Shown here: positions 8,883 to 17,080 of the stretch, in pieces
Numbering within the stretch: the stretch's first letter is position 1
Layout: every line of letters starts with the position of its first letter
Virus genome (UHGV): UHGV-0087599
Origin: a virus
Length of the DNA stretch: 63,129 nt
Strand: one strand, 5' to 3'
Made by a program: the position numbers and the translations under genes
The notes under the pieces: model-generated
What the model saw: only the letters and a program-made list of their open reading frames with translations
What the model was told of the DNA's origin: nothing
The model's database searches: none

Positions 8883-10421
8883 CTACCTCGTAGTCGACAT
8901 ATCCCCACGGTCCATGGGCGTATAGGCGCCCTTGTCCGAGCCAGACACCAGAAGGTTGTCCTTATCCGCAGACACGACAACGACCTTGAGCTTCTTGTCC
9001 GAGCCAAGGCGAAGCACGTTATCACTGTCAGCGGAAAGCAACTTGGAACAGTCAATCCCGATGGAACCGTCGGGGTTAATCACGACAGGACTGTCTTCGC
9101 CCGTACCCAGGTCAAGAACAAGGTTGTTGTCCTTGAGCGCCAGACCGGCACCGGGAGAGACGCCGATACCGCCCACAGGGTCACACTTGATAGCCCCCTC
9201 GGGATGGAGCTTCACAGACACTTCCCGGCTGGCGCTGATGTCAATACCACACCCGGCCCTGTAGATGTCGACAAGAGCCGACACATCCACATAGACATCC
9301 TGCACAGTACCGACAGCCAGTGCATATACGAAGACCAGATAGGTTCCCGGAATGAGCCCGACGCCAGGCTCGAAAATGACTTCAAGCCGCGTAGCCTCCG
9401 GCGTCACGACGATACGGGTGCCGTCAGCAAACTGGAGTGCTGCGGTACCGTCGATGAAAAACTGCTCCGCCGTCTGCCCGTTGAAAATACCGCGAACCCG
9501 GACAGCACCCATGCCCGCCACAGACTCGATACTGGTCGACACGGCTGCGCTTTTATGCGTCCGCACCGTGGCCGGGACAGGGTCGCCCCAGACGCCATCG
9601 GCCTGGGCAAACATGAGCGAAAAATGGTAGTCGCCCTCGATGTCCTCACCGCTCTCACTGGGCATACCATCCACGAGGTAAACACCCTTGAGCGAAGAAC
9701 TTGCTCCGGGGACGCGGACCGTGGAAACCACAGTCTGACCATCATGGCCCAGGATGTCGAGCTTGCCGGTGTCAGGCGAATACGCCAGCGAGAGCCCGGA
9801 GGAAATGCGACCGTCCTTGTCTTCGTACAGGATAGCGTCGCTCGGATTCAGGATGTCATCCATGGACAGGTACACGCCCTTGTCAGAACCGGGATGTACC
9901 AGGTTCCCCTCATCCTGAGAGATGACGGGAAGATTGTCCTGGATGTTTTCCTTGGTCAGAATGATTTTTTTGTCGACAGGGTCGATGGTCAACAGATTGG
10001 TGTGTCCATTGGACAACATGTCGTTAGGCGTGAGCTTCGCCCCGCCATCACTTCCGACCGTGACCAGGTTATCAGTATCCACAGAGACCACGGTCTGGTC
10101 AACGAACAGGCCACCGTCACTGCCGACCTGCAGTTCATTCCCTCTGTCCTTGGAAACAAGGCCCTCAGCAGTAGCCGACATGTCCGGGACGTACAACTTC
10201 CCGCCACGCACTTCCAAAGCATTGTCAGCTTCGAGGGAAATGAAATCACCGGCACGGACAGCCAGGCCCTCAGCGTCGGATTTCAAAAGGTTAGGTGCCC
10301 CGGAAGAAGCGGCGCCGCTCAAAGGGAGAGCCGCTACGTCAACGAACTGCCCGTCAGGGAGCTCAGAAAACTGCTTATTCGCCGAGTCGCGAACAAGGGG
10401 GCGCTTCATAGGTTTCGCCAT
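8883..10421 (-). CDS. tail-fibre or tailspike paralog C, 512 aa; different N-terminus, shares middle and C-terminal modules with B
   Basis: GKLDILGHDGQT...EGDYHFSLMF... and GTYLVFVYALAVGTVQDVYVDVSALVDIYRAGCGIDISA align with B; Gly/Asp/Ser-rich beta-repeat composition. Confidence 0.7.
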   Translation of the reverse strand: MAKPMKRPLVRDSANKQFSELPDGQFVDVAALPLSGAASSGAPNLLKSDAEGLAVRAGDFISLEADNALEVRGGKLYVPDMSATAEGLVSKDRGNELQVGSDGGLFVDQTVVSVDTDNLVTVGSDGGAKLTPNDMLSNGHTNLLTIDPVDKKIILTKENIQDNLPVISQDEGNLVHPGSDKGVYLSMDDILNPSDAILYEDKDGRISSGLSLAYSPDTGKLDILGHDGQTVVSTVRVPGASSSLKGVYLVDGMPSESGEDIEGDYHFSLMFAQADGVWGDPVPATVRTHKSAAVSTSIESVAGMGAVRVRGIFNGQTAEQFFIDGTAALQFADGTRIVVTPEATRLEVIFEPGVGLIPGTYLVFVYALAVGTVQDVYVDVSALVDIYRAGCGIDISASREVSVKLHPEGAIKCDPVGGIGVSPGAGLALKDNNLVLDLGTGEDSPVVINPDGSIGIDCSKLLSADSDNVLRLGSDKKLKVVVVSADKDNLLVSGSDKGAYTPMDRGDMSTTR

Positions 10422-10932
10422 TGGTGTCTCCTTTACGCCCGCAGCAGGCCATGCACCGGGCGCAGTCGTTCTGGAACGGGCACTGCTGTTTGTGCTGCTC
10501 GCGTTGCGCGGGCGTCAGCTTTTTACGCAGCTCGTTAATGTCTGCTCCGTCCATCATGTCGATGAATTTATACCCAGATTTCCACCGTATAAATGCGTCA
10601 ACAGCTTTCATACCCCCAGCAGAGAGAAAAATCGTGACGCCGAGGTCCGTTTCAGGAGACCGTGTAAGACCGAAAAGAGGTAGGCATAATGTCACGCCTA
10701 CGGCCACAATAGCCATAAATGCGCTGGAAAACAGGATATTGAAAAAAACGCTGCAAAAATCTCGATGTAGATAGCTGCGCTTCACGCCATGCCAGCCCTG
10801 GTACATAGCAATGACGAAGGCGCCTGCAATGAGCGGCCACAACTCAACAAGCAGATTCAAATAGGTACTACTGCGCCCTGTGATGGTGTCAGGAGAAACA
10901 GGAGGGATACTCATAAGTTGCGGACCGGACAT
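10375..10932 (-). CDS. membrane protein with about 3 TM helices and a Cys-rich C-terminus; possible holin or lysis-associated protein; start moved to MSGPQLMSIPPV
   Basis: Hydrophobic helices LLVELWPLIAGAFVIAMY and FCSVFFNILFSSAFMAIVAVGVTLCLPLF; directly downstream of the endolysin. Confidence 0.45.
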   Translation of the reverse strand: MSGPQLMSIPPVSPDTITGRSSTYLNLLVELWPLIAGAFVIAMYQGWHGVKRSYLHRDFCSVFFNILFSSAFMAIVAVGVTLCLPLFGLTRSPETDLGVTIFLSAGGMKAVDAFIRWKSGYKFIDMMDGADINELRKKLTPAQREQHKQQCPFQNDCARCMACCGRKGDTNGETYEAPPCSRLGE

Positions 10933-10939
10933 AGTTTGT

Positions 10940-11437
10940 TTACCACGACATGGCCATGACTTCGCCGTAGCTGGACCGACGAACCGGACCACCCACGCGC
11001 TTGAATTTCACAGCACGCTCATCTTCGCGCCCGCGCACAATGGCCACATGAATCCACCCTCCAGGGAGATTCTCTGCGATGAGTTCGGTGAAAGGCAGAT
11101 TTTCAGCGATAAAAGCGAAGATGTCCCGCAAAGGCACACCTGCAGAAACAGGCTCGATGTCAGCAGCCGCACCAGAACAATGATGGGAGGTTTTAGAAGA
11201 GCCGGGAATGACACGATTCAGTGCGGCGCTACGATACCCAGAAGTCACCCGAATAGGACCGAACCGGTCTCGCACAGGCTGCAGGACAGTTCTTGCCAGA
11301 TACTCCATGCTATCCCAAACGCGCGGGTCATCGGGAATATTCTGGATACCCTCACGCACCGCAGTGTCCGAGTGCAGGAGTTCTTCATAGGTGAAATTCG
11401 GGGCCCCGGGAATAGGTCCATATCGCATAACGGGCAA
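10940..11437 (-). CDS. endolysin, peptidase M15 family (zinc D-Ala-D-Ala carboxypeptidase / L-Ala-D-Glu peptidase-like)
   Basis: SGYRSAALNRVIPGSSKTSHHCSGAAADI fits the M15 zinc-binding and catalytic signature; 165 aa. Confidence 0.75.
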   Translation of the reverse strand: MPVMRYGPIPGAPNFTYEELLHSDTAVREGIQNIPDDPRVWDSMEYLARTVLQPVRDRFGPIRVTSGYRSAALNRVIPGSSKTSHHCSGAAADIEPVSAGVPLRDIFAFIAENLPFTELIAENLPGGWIHVAIVRGREDERAVKFKRVGGPVRRSSYGEVMAMSW

Positions 11438-11537
11438 CCTCCTAGAAAAAAGCGGACGGCGCGCTTTCCAGGGGTATCCTACCGGAAAGACGCACTCGCC
11501 CGCTCTTTTGTCTTACTACAACCGGGTGTCCCCGGTG

Positions 11538-11705
11538 TCAATATTCGTCAGGATGCTTCAGCAGCGCTTTGAGCTGTTCGACATCTTCGACGGTCACGGA
11601 ATCCTTTTTCCAGGTTTCGATGATGGCTTGCACCGCAGGGAGCCCGTAGACGGAAACCAGCTCAAGAATTTGCAGCACCAGTTTGATGTCGATGGAGTTA
11701 CTCAT
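11538..11705 (-). CDS. small hypothetical protein, 55 aa (MSNSIDIKLVLQILELVSVYGLPAVQAII...)
   Basis: GGAGG ribosome-binding site 6 nt upstream of the ATG; not in the track because it is under 60 aa; in the lysis cluster. Confidence 0.3.
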   Translation of the reverse strand: MSNSIDIKLVLQILELVSVYGLPAVQAIIETWKKDSVTVEDVEQLKALLKHPDEY

Positions 11706-12099
11706 GGCTGACCTCCTTCACATCGACACCAAGGTCGATGGCGGCCTTGAGAAGTTCTTGCAGGTCCTTGGTCATCTTATCGACAAGAGCCTTGAGATTG
11801 TCGCGTTCCATGGCACCCGGGGACGAAAGCCCCTCAGAAGCCCGCATATAGGTCAGAAGACCGCTGGCCGTCACCTGGTAAGCATCGTAATACACCAGGG
11901 CGGCATCCTTGAGTTTTTCCCAGTCATCATCCTGAAGTTTGCCCTGCGAATGCATGTCACTGGCAGCAGTCATCACCGTATCATAGGTGATGGCACTGGT
12001 CTCCAACGTTTTATACGCCGTGAGCGTGATTTCATCCTGGGCCGCGCAGCCCACCAGACTGGCAGTGAGGGCCACGACAATGAAGAAATAACGGAACAT
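11698..12099 (-). CDS. lipoprotein (signal peptide with lipobox LVGC); candidate outer-membrane spanin-like lysis component
   Basis: N-terminus MFRYFFIVVALTASLVGCAAQ; 133 aa; in the lysis cluster. Confidence 0.55.
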   Translation of the reverse strand: MFRYFFIVVALTASLVGCAAQDEITLTAYKTLETSAITYDTVMTAASDMHSQGKLQDDDWEKLKDAALVYYDAYQVTASGLLTYMRASEGLSSPGAMERDNLKALVDKMTKDLQELLKAAIDLGVDVKEVSHE

Positions 12100-12111
12100 A
12101 TAAACCTCCTT

Positions 12112-12513
12112 TTACACTTTTCCGCGTGTGATGACCAGCGGGCGGCCCTTAATCCACCCCTTGTCGCTAAACGCCGTGAGATGCACCTTAGTCCCATCAT
12201 CAGTAACCAGGTCATACTGGTACGGCGCATACCCGGGACGCGAAGCATAATATGCCGTGTACTGCTTACCCTTGTACGTCACACGCATACCATGGCGGCA
12301 GTCTTCTTCGGTATGGTGAGCATGGAAGTCGTAGTCATTCTGACGCCACTCCTGTCCAGCAGCAAGAACAGGCGTAGTGACAGTACCCAAATCAACGAAA
12401 TATTTGGGAGTGCTGCCGTTACAGTCATTTTTGGCAAGTTCGATATGCATGGAAAGGGAGGCCGGTTCCGGCGTCATATCCCCGTAATCACTTGCGACAT
12501 AAAAAGAATCCAT
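12112..12513 (-). CDS. hypothetical protein, 133 aa
   Basis: ORF upstream of the lipoprotein gene. Confidence 0.4.
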   Translation of the reverse strand: MDSFYVASDYGDMTPEPASLSMHIELAKNDCNGSTPKYFVDLGTVTTPVLAAGQEWRQNDYDFHAHHTEEDCRHGMRVTYKGKQYTAYYASRPGYAPYQYDLVTDDGTKVHLTAFSDKGWIKGRPLVITRGKV

Positions 12514-12631
12514 ATTTACACCTCCTTACAGTCACCAGACGAAACACCCGACACGCCAGGATTTACTTGCATAAAACGACTATACAAGGAATAATACCGA
12601 GTGTCCATAATGGTGAACAAGGAGTCTAAGT

Positions 12632-13615
12632 ATGGATAGCCTCGTTATGCAAGGGTATAAAAGCGGACTCAAAATCGTCCCCACTATCCCTCGCTATGAT
12701 AACTCCGGTGCAGAAATCACCGACGCCAATTATTGGCCGGTGCCTATTGATAGTGTATTCAGAACTAATTATGGGTTCAACGTCTACACTGGGAATGGTA
12801 AACTCGTAACTACGACCGACACGACCAAACGCTTCATTGTTACCGATTACGGCGGATTCACCCCCGAGAACCCGCAAGAATCCTACAGCGCGCAGGAACT
12901 CTACAACCTCGTACTCGACGCCAGAGGTCTCACCCACGGGAAAAACTACGCCTTATCTATCCTGGACAGCACGACAGGGAAATCGGGGCGCGTCATCCTC
13001 ACCGCGTCCAACACTGCTGCACGTCTCACCTACGCTCTGCTACTCCACCTTGAAGACAGCGAAGGTAACACACTTTCCAACAAAGCTATCCCGGTGAACA
13101 AGTGCGCATGGCACATCCTCCCCGATGGTGTCGATGGCGGTATCTTCCCCCTCGAACCCAGTATCGTTACTCCGGGCATGACACTGAGGGACCCCAGCAA
13201 CCTTCCCACGCAGGTCTATATCCGATACGTCCTGTATGTAGCACCTTTTATGGGACGCCTTGATGGTGGCATTTCTGGAGACGTAGCCACCATCGGTACC
13301 GTTGCTCTCCCCGAAGGGTCCTGGGGCACGAACAGTAGCAAAACAGCAGAAATCGCGGTGTCGGACACAGCCCGGGATTTCCCTTTCTGGTGCTTCGCCG
13401 GGTCCGCAGATGCCCTTAAAGAGCTCGGTATCGGGCGATACCGTGCCACTGTTGCGTCGGCATGGACATGCGAAATCACTCTCCACCGGCATTCTAGCAT
13501 CACCAACAATATCGACCAAATCACAGTCACAACTGACAAGCCGTGGTACATCAGACTCCAGGGGGACACAAACCCTGCCGAATACCACCGTGACAATGGC
13601 TCGGTAGAACCGTAA
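12632..13615 (+). CDS. hypothetical protein, 327 aa; probable tail-fibre or receptor-binding module partner
   Basis: AAGGAG ribosome-binding site; lower GC than flanks; opposite strand to its surroundings; followed by the tail-collar domain gene. Confidence 0.5.
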   Translation: MDSLVMQGYKSGLKIVPTIPRYDNSGAEITDANYWPVPIDSVFRTNYGFNVYTGNGKLVTTTDTTKRFIVTDYGGFTPENPQESYSAQELYNLVLDARGLTHGKNYALSILDSTTGKSGRVILTASNTAARLTYALLLHLEDSEGNTLSNKAIPVNKCAWHILPDGVDGGIFPLEPSIVTPGMTLRDPSNLPTQVYIRYVLYVAPFMGRLDGGISGDVATIGTVALPEGSWGTNSSKTAEIAVSDTARDFPFWCFAGSADALKELGIGRYRATVASAWTCEITLHRHSSITNNIDQITVTTDKPWYIRLQGDTNPAEYHRDNGSVEP

Positions 13616-13636
13616 ATGTGAAAGGAGGTAACTGCA

Positions 13637-14122
13637 ATGCCTATCAATTTGGCTGGCAAAGTGGCATTTTTCTCTGGTGAATTTGGCGGCAGCGATGGCC
13701 GCCGACCCATCGACGCCAAAACCAAAACCCCCAACGAAGATTACGTCCTCTGCGACGGTATCAAAACCAACGGCATCGCCATCCCCGACCTTCGTGGACT
13801 GATGATTGTCTGCACCTCTGATAACCACCCGATGGGCGAGACCGGTGGGTCTGACACGGCAACCTTCGCCATAGAAGGTACTGTCGGGGGCTGCACCCTC
13901 ACTGTCCAGCAGACACCCAGACATACGCATACAGTACGAGGCATAGGCAGCGCCGCTGGCGGTTTTGGTGGCGGCGGCACTGGCATTTGGGAGGCGACCG
14001 CGACTACTAGCGCCGTCGGCGACTCCCAATCCCATACCCACCCCATTAGAGGAACCGCCTCTGTGGAACGCTCCCTCCCGCCGTACTACGCCCTGGCAGC
14101 AGTCATGTACATCGGCAACTAG
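13637..14122 (+). CDS. phage tail-collar domain protein, 161 aa
   Basis: FFSGEFGG...YVLCDGI...AIPDLRGLMIV...GETGGSDTATFAIEG...TLTVQQTPRHTHTV matches the Phage_Tail_Collar domain pattern; Gly-rich C-terminus. Confidence 0.65.
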   Translation: MPINLAGKVAFFSGEFGGSDGRRPIDAKTKTPNEDYVLCDGIKTNGIAIPDLRGLMIVCTSDNHPMGETGGSDTATFAIEGTVGGCTLTVQQTPRHTHTVRGIGSAAGGFGGGGTGIWEATATTSAVGDSQSHTHPIRGTASVERSLPPYYALAAVMYIGN

Positions 14123-14130
14123 AACAAAAA

Positions 14131-14157
14131 GCCCCCGCTCGAGCGGGGGCTTCGTTT
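14131..14157. terminator. bidirectional rho-independent terminator (perfect 20-nt palindrome gcccccgctcgagcgggggc with T/A runs on both sides)
   Basis: Sequence aaaaagcccccgctcgagcgggggcttcgttt. Confidence 0.7.
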
Positions 14158-14283
14158 ACAACTCATCCAGTTCTTTCTATATAGCGTGTTTTCGCGGATG
14201 CGCTCCCCCGCTGCCTATGTACGACCGATAGTATCCGGCGTAAACATAACACATCACCTCCCTAAATATGTGTCGAGTATCCC

Positions 14284-14469
14284 TTACGCGTCCATCTCGA
14301 AGTGGTCGCAGACAGAGAATGCCTTAGTACGGAAACCGAACTTGCCGCAGGTGAGTTTTTCTCCATATTCTCCTAAGCGACGGTAGTGCTTACAGGTATT
14401 GCAGGCTTCGATTCGCGCCTGTTCCTTCCACCCGACAGATTTCTTGGGTACTCTCTTTCCTTCAGGCAT
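14284..14469 (-). CDS. small zinc-ribbon-like protein, 61 aa
   Basis: Cys pattern CNTCKHY...CGKFGF...CDHF. Confidence 0.4.
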   Translation of the reverse strand: MPEGKRVPKKSVGWKEQARIEACNTCKHYRRLGEYGEKLTCGKFGFRTKAFSVCDHFEMDA

Positions 14470-15945
14470 AGTCGTCTCCTTTGTTCACAGCATAGCGCCT
14501 ACGAGGCGCTGTATCACTTGACATCCTCCCCCGCCTAAAGTCGGGGGATTCCTATCGGTAGCAGCTCTAACGAGCCGCGCCACAGGCGGGTTCCTGCTTC
14601 GACGCGGGCGCTTGAGCCCTTCCCGCTCCACAGGCTGTCACGGCCTGCCCGGCCGCCAGAATGTTCAACGCCGCATTATGGTCGGCGTTACATTCAAACC
14701 CGCAGGCCGTACATTTGAATTTTGCCTGCGTTGGTCTGTTTGCTCTGTCTACGCATCCACAATGACTGCATGTCTGACTGGTATACTGCGGAGGTATGAC
14801 AACCAGCTTTCCACCCAGCCATTTCAACTTGTACTCAAGCTGCCGCCGAAACTCGAACCATCCCTGATCCAATATGGACTTGTTTAATCCGGCCTTGGCT
14901 CGCACGTTTCTTCCAGGAGCTTCCACAGTGCCTGACGCCGACCGCGACATATTCCGCACCTTCAAATCTTCAATCACAACAAGAGCGTGGTTTTTGCTGA
15001 TTATCGTGGTTGTCTTATGCAGAAAATCGTTGCGTACATTGGCTATTGTACGGTGCAGGCGCTGGATTTTGGCTTTGAGCTTCTGCCAGTTGACGGAAAA
15101 CTTCACTCGTTTTGCCAACTTCCGCTGCAGCTTTGCCAGCTTCTTTTCATGCTTACGGAAAATATGCAGTGGTCTGATAGAAGAGCCATCTGAAAACGTC
15201 GCAAAACGGGCAATGCCCATATCTATGCCGACGACACTTTGCGAAGGATGCACAGGTTCTGGAACTTCCCGTTCCGTCTGAATGGAGACGTACCACTTTC
15301 CAGCGGAAAGAGAGACTGTCACCTGTTTCGGCGTTCCCTCTATTTTGCGGCTGTTGCGGTAGCGTATCCACCCGATTTTGGGAAGGAATATGCGGCTGTT
15401 GCTTTCGTCCAGCTTGAAGCCCTGCGGATAGCGAAAGGCATCGTGAAGACCTTTCTTCTTGAAACGTGGGAACCCGGCACGCTTCTCAAAGAAGTTTTTG
15501 TAGGCTCTATCGAGGTCTTTCAAGACTTGCTGCAGAATTTGAGAATGGGCTTCAGAAAGAAAAGAAGTAGCGTTTTCCTTCTTCCAATCCCGAAGGAACT
15601 TGCAGAGCAAGGAAAAGCCCAGACGCTTCCCTTCGTTTTCGTAGGTTTCCTTTTCCGATGCAAGCGCCTTGTTCCAAACAAAACGGCAACATCCGGCAAA
15701 GCGCCGCATGAGGCTTTCCTGCCCGGTTTTGGGGCGGAGTTGAAACTTGTAGGCTTGCAATATTTCCATAGGTTCCAGTCTATCGCAGCACAAACGAAAA
15801 GGCAAAAATTCCAGTTAAGGTGCGCCTTATATCCCCGCCCTGAAGGGCGAGGCTTTACGGCGCGCTGGGTAATCCTTATCAGAAGTCTTCACTTGACGCA
15901 AAACACGGGACAAAGAATCCTGTGTCTTAATATCGAATGCATTCA
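14470..15945 (-). mobile_element. IS200/IS605-family (IS1341-like) insertion carrying only tnpB; boundaries approximate
   Basis: tnpB is flanked by subterminal hairpins. Right end: 14494..14510 agcgcctacgaggcgct and 14528..14547 cccccgcctaaagtcggggg. Left end: 15836..15849 cgccctgaagggcg. Flanking phage genes are intact; no tnpA. Confidence 0.7.
14567..15769 (-). CDS. tnpB: TnpB (OrfB) RNA-guided endonuclease-type transposase-associated protein; start moved to MEILQAYKFQLRP
   Basis: Canonical N-terminus (AYKFQLRP...GCCRFVWNKAL), RuvC-like segments (GIDMGIARFATFSDG; ALVVIEDLKV) and a C-terminal zinc finger CSHCG...CTACGFECNADHNAALNI; 400 aa. Confidence 0.85.
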   Translation of the reverse strand: MEILQAYKFQLRPKTGQESLMRRFAGCCRFVWNKALASEKETYENEGKRLGFSLLCKFLRDWKKENATSFLSEAHSQILQQVLKDLDRAYKNFFEKRAGFPRFKKKGLHDAFRYPQGFKLDESNSRIFLPKIGWIRYRNSRKIEGTPKQVTVSLSAGKWYVSIQTEREVPEPVHPSQSVVGIDMGIARFATFSDGSSIRPLHIFRKHEKKLAKLQRKLAKRVKFSVNWQKLKAKIQRLHRTIANVRNDFLHKTTTIISKNHALVVIEDLKVRNMSRSASGTVEAPGRNVRAKAGLNKSILDQGWFEFRRQLEYKLKWLGGKLVVIPPQYTSQTCSHCGCVDRANRPTQAKFKCTACGFECNADHNAALNILAAGQAVTACGAGRAQAPASKQEPACGAAR

Positions 15946-16137
15946 TTACCTGTTCTCCAGGAGGTCAGAAATTATGACCACGAGCCATATCAGCATCAGG
16001 ACGATGCGAACAACGGCCCCGGCCTGGACCCACCCCGGCATAGTGGACAGCGTGTACAACACACCAAACACATCAGTCACGATACCGAAAACAACGAGAG
16101 CGACGAAAAAGGCCACTACCCAGTACACACGAGACAC
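15946..16137 (-). CDS. small 2-TM membrane protein, 63 aa (holin-like topology)
   Basis: Two hydrophobic helices (VVAFFVALVVFGIV; VVRIVLMLIWLVVII). Confidence 0.35.
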   Translation of the reverse strand: MSRVYWVVAFFVALVVFGIVTDVFGVLYTLSTMPGWVQAGAVVRIVLMLIWLVVIISDLLENR

Positions 16138-16140
16138 GGA

Positions 16141-16782
16141 TTAACCCTTCCCGGAAAGTGTCTCATCCTCAGCAGAGGATTTCTCCATAGTGTCGGCCCT
16201 GCTTAAAGAATGTCGCACAGGCAACAGTTCAGGATGACCCAGGGCAGGGAAAAGCGCGTCGAAGAAAAATTTCCACTCAGGGAGCTTGTGGTTCTCGCGC
16301 TGCAAGATGATGTTCTTCAGGACCGCATAGTTCCCCGTCCAGATGCGACGCTGCAACCAGCTCTGCGGGAGCCAGGCGTTGAGCCTGCTGAAATCCTTGT
16401 GCTTCCGCAAATCTTCCAGGAAGTCGATATAGAAATCAGGAACATACCCGAACTCGAAGCAATCCTTCGTGACAGGCTTCTTCATCAGCGTGTGCATCGT
16501 GGACTCGGACTGGGCCACGGTGGACACCTTGTAGGTGTCCATCTGCTTCCACCAGTACAGCGGCGCCGTGATGTCGAGGATGACACCTATCTGCCGCAGG
16601 AACTTGTCATGGCCACCGCTGCCGTACAGCGCGAGTTGCGGCGCCAGTTCGCACAGCCTGGACCATTCATCATGCTGCTGGGCCTCTTCGGGCGTCGCAT
16701 ACCCGGACACCTTCCCATACGAGAGCCCGATACCGAACAGGGCCTCTTCGTACCCGAATTCTTTCATCAGCCGAACACGCAT
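16141..16782 (-). CDS. hypothetical protein, 213 aa; weak ThyX-like resemblance, uncertain
   Basis: Segment APLYWWKQMDTYKVSTVAQSES loosely resembles the ThyX RHR...SQRY region but lacks the catalytic Arg residues; adjacent to dUTPase. Confidence 0.3.
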   Translation of the reverse strand: MRVRLMKEFGYEEALFGIGLSYGKVSGYATPEEAQQHDEWSRLCELAPQLALYGSGGHDKFLRQIGVILDITAPLYWWKQMDTYKVSTVAQSESTMHTLMKKPVTKDCFEFGYVPDFYIDFLEDLRKHKDFSRLNAWLPQSWLQRRIWTGNYAVLKNIILQRENHKLPEWKFFFDALFPALGHPELLPVRHSLSRADTMEKSSAEDETLSGKG

Positions 16783-16783
16783 A

Positions 16784-17080
16784 TCAGTTGTCCTCCTTGA
16801 GCCACGCCTCAAGCGCAGCTTCTCCATCCTTGGTCAAAAGATAATACCCACGCACATTGCCGCGATGTCTGGGCAGTCCGATGCGCATGAGGAACCCCTT
16901 GCCGCACAGCTTGTTGGCCATCGCGCAGGCACGCATGGCAATACCCTGACGATACCGCGCGGAAGGTTTCCTGGGCGGTAACGACGCGAAGGCCCTGAGA
17001 CCCAGCACATAGCCGAACGCCTGACCCCTCGGCAGGTCAGCCACGGCCTTCAGGATACGGTATTCCGCCAGTGTCAGCAT
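16784..17080 (-). CDS. winged-helix DNA-binding protein (PadR/MarR-like), 98 aa
   Basis: GYYLLTKDGEAALEAW wing motif and a preceding helix-turn-helix. Confidence 0.4.
   Translation of the reverse strand: MLTLAEYRILKAVADLPRGQAFGYVLGLRAFASLPPRKPSARYRQGIAMRACAMANKLCGKGFLMRIGLPRHRGNVRGYYLLTKDGEAALEAWLKEDN

Noticed and set aside
7444-8925. Long antisense ORFs opposite recognised genes (for example + 2283..4382, + 7444..8925, + 8874..10538, + 44702..47806, + 47722..49965, + 55259..57883, + 60287..62347, - 33383..34549, - 35788..37146, - 39420..42017)
   Set aside because: High-GC genomes give long stop-free antisense frames. Each lies opposite a gene with clear motifs or operon context, and their products are low-complexity Arg/Gly/His-rich.
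6686-10421. Diversity-generating retroelement targeting the Mtd_N-like tail fibres
   Set aside because: No reverse transcriptase (no YxDD-containing RT-like ORF) anywhere in the genome. No template or variable repeat pair with adenine-specific differences was seen. The repeated segments found (QPV repeats) differ at non-A positions and lie in unrelated genes.
16141-16782. Confident ThyX (flavin-dependent thymidylate synthase) call
   Set aside because: Only a loose resemblance around the ThyX signature, and the conserved RHR and Arg residues are missing. Kept as hypothetical.
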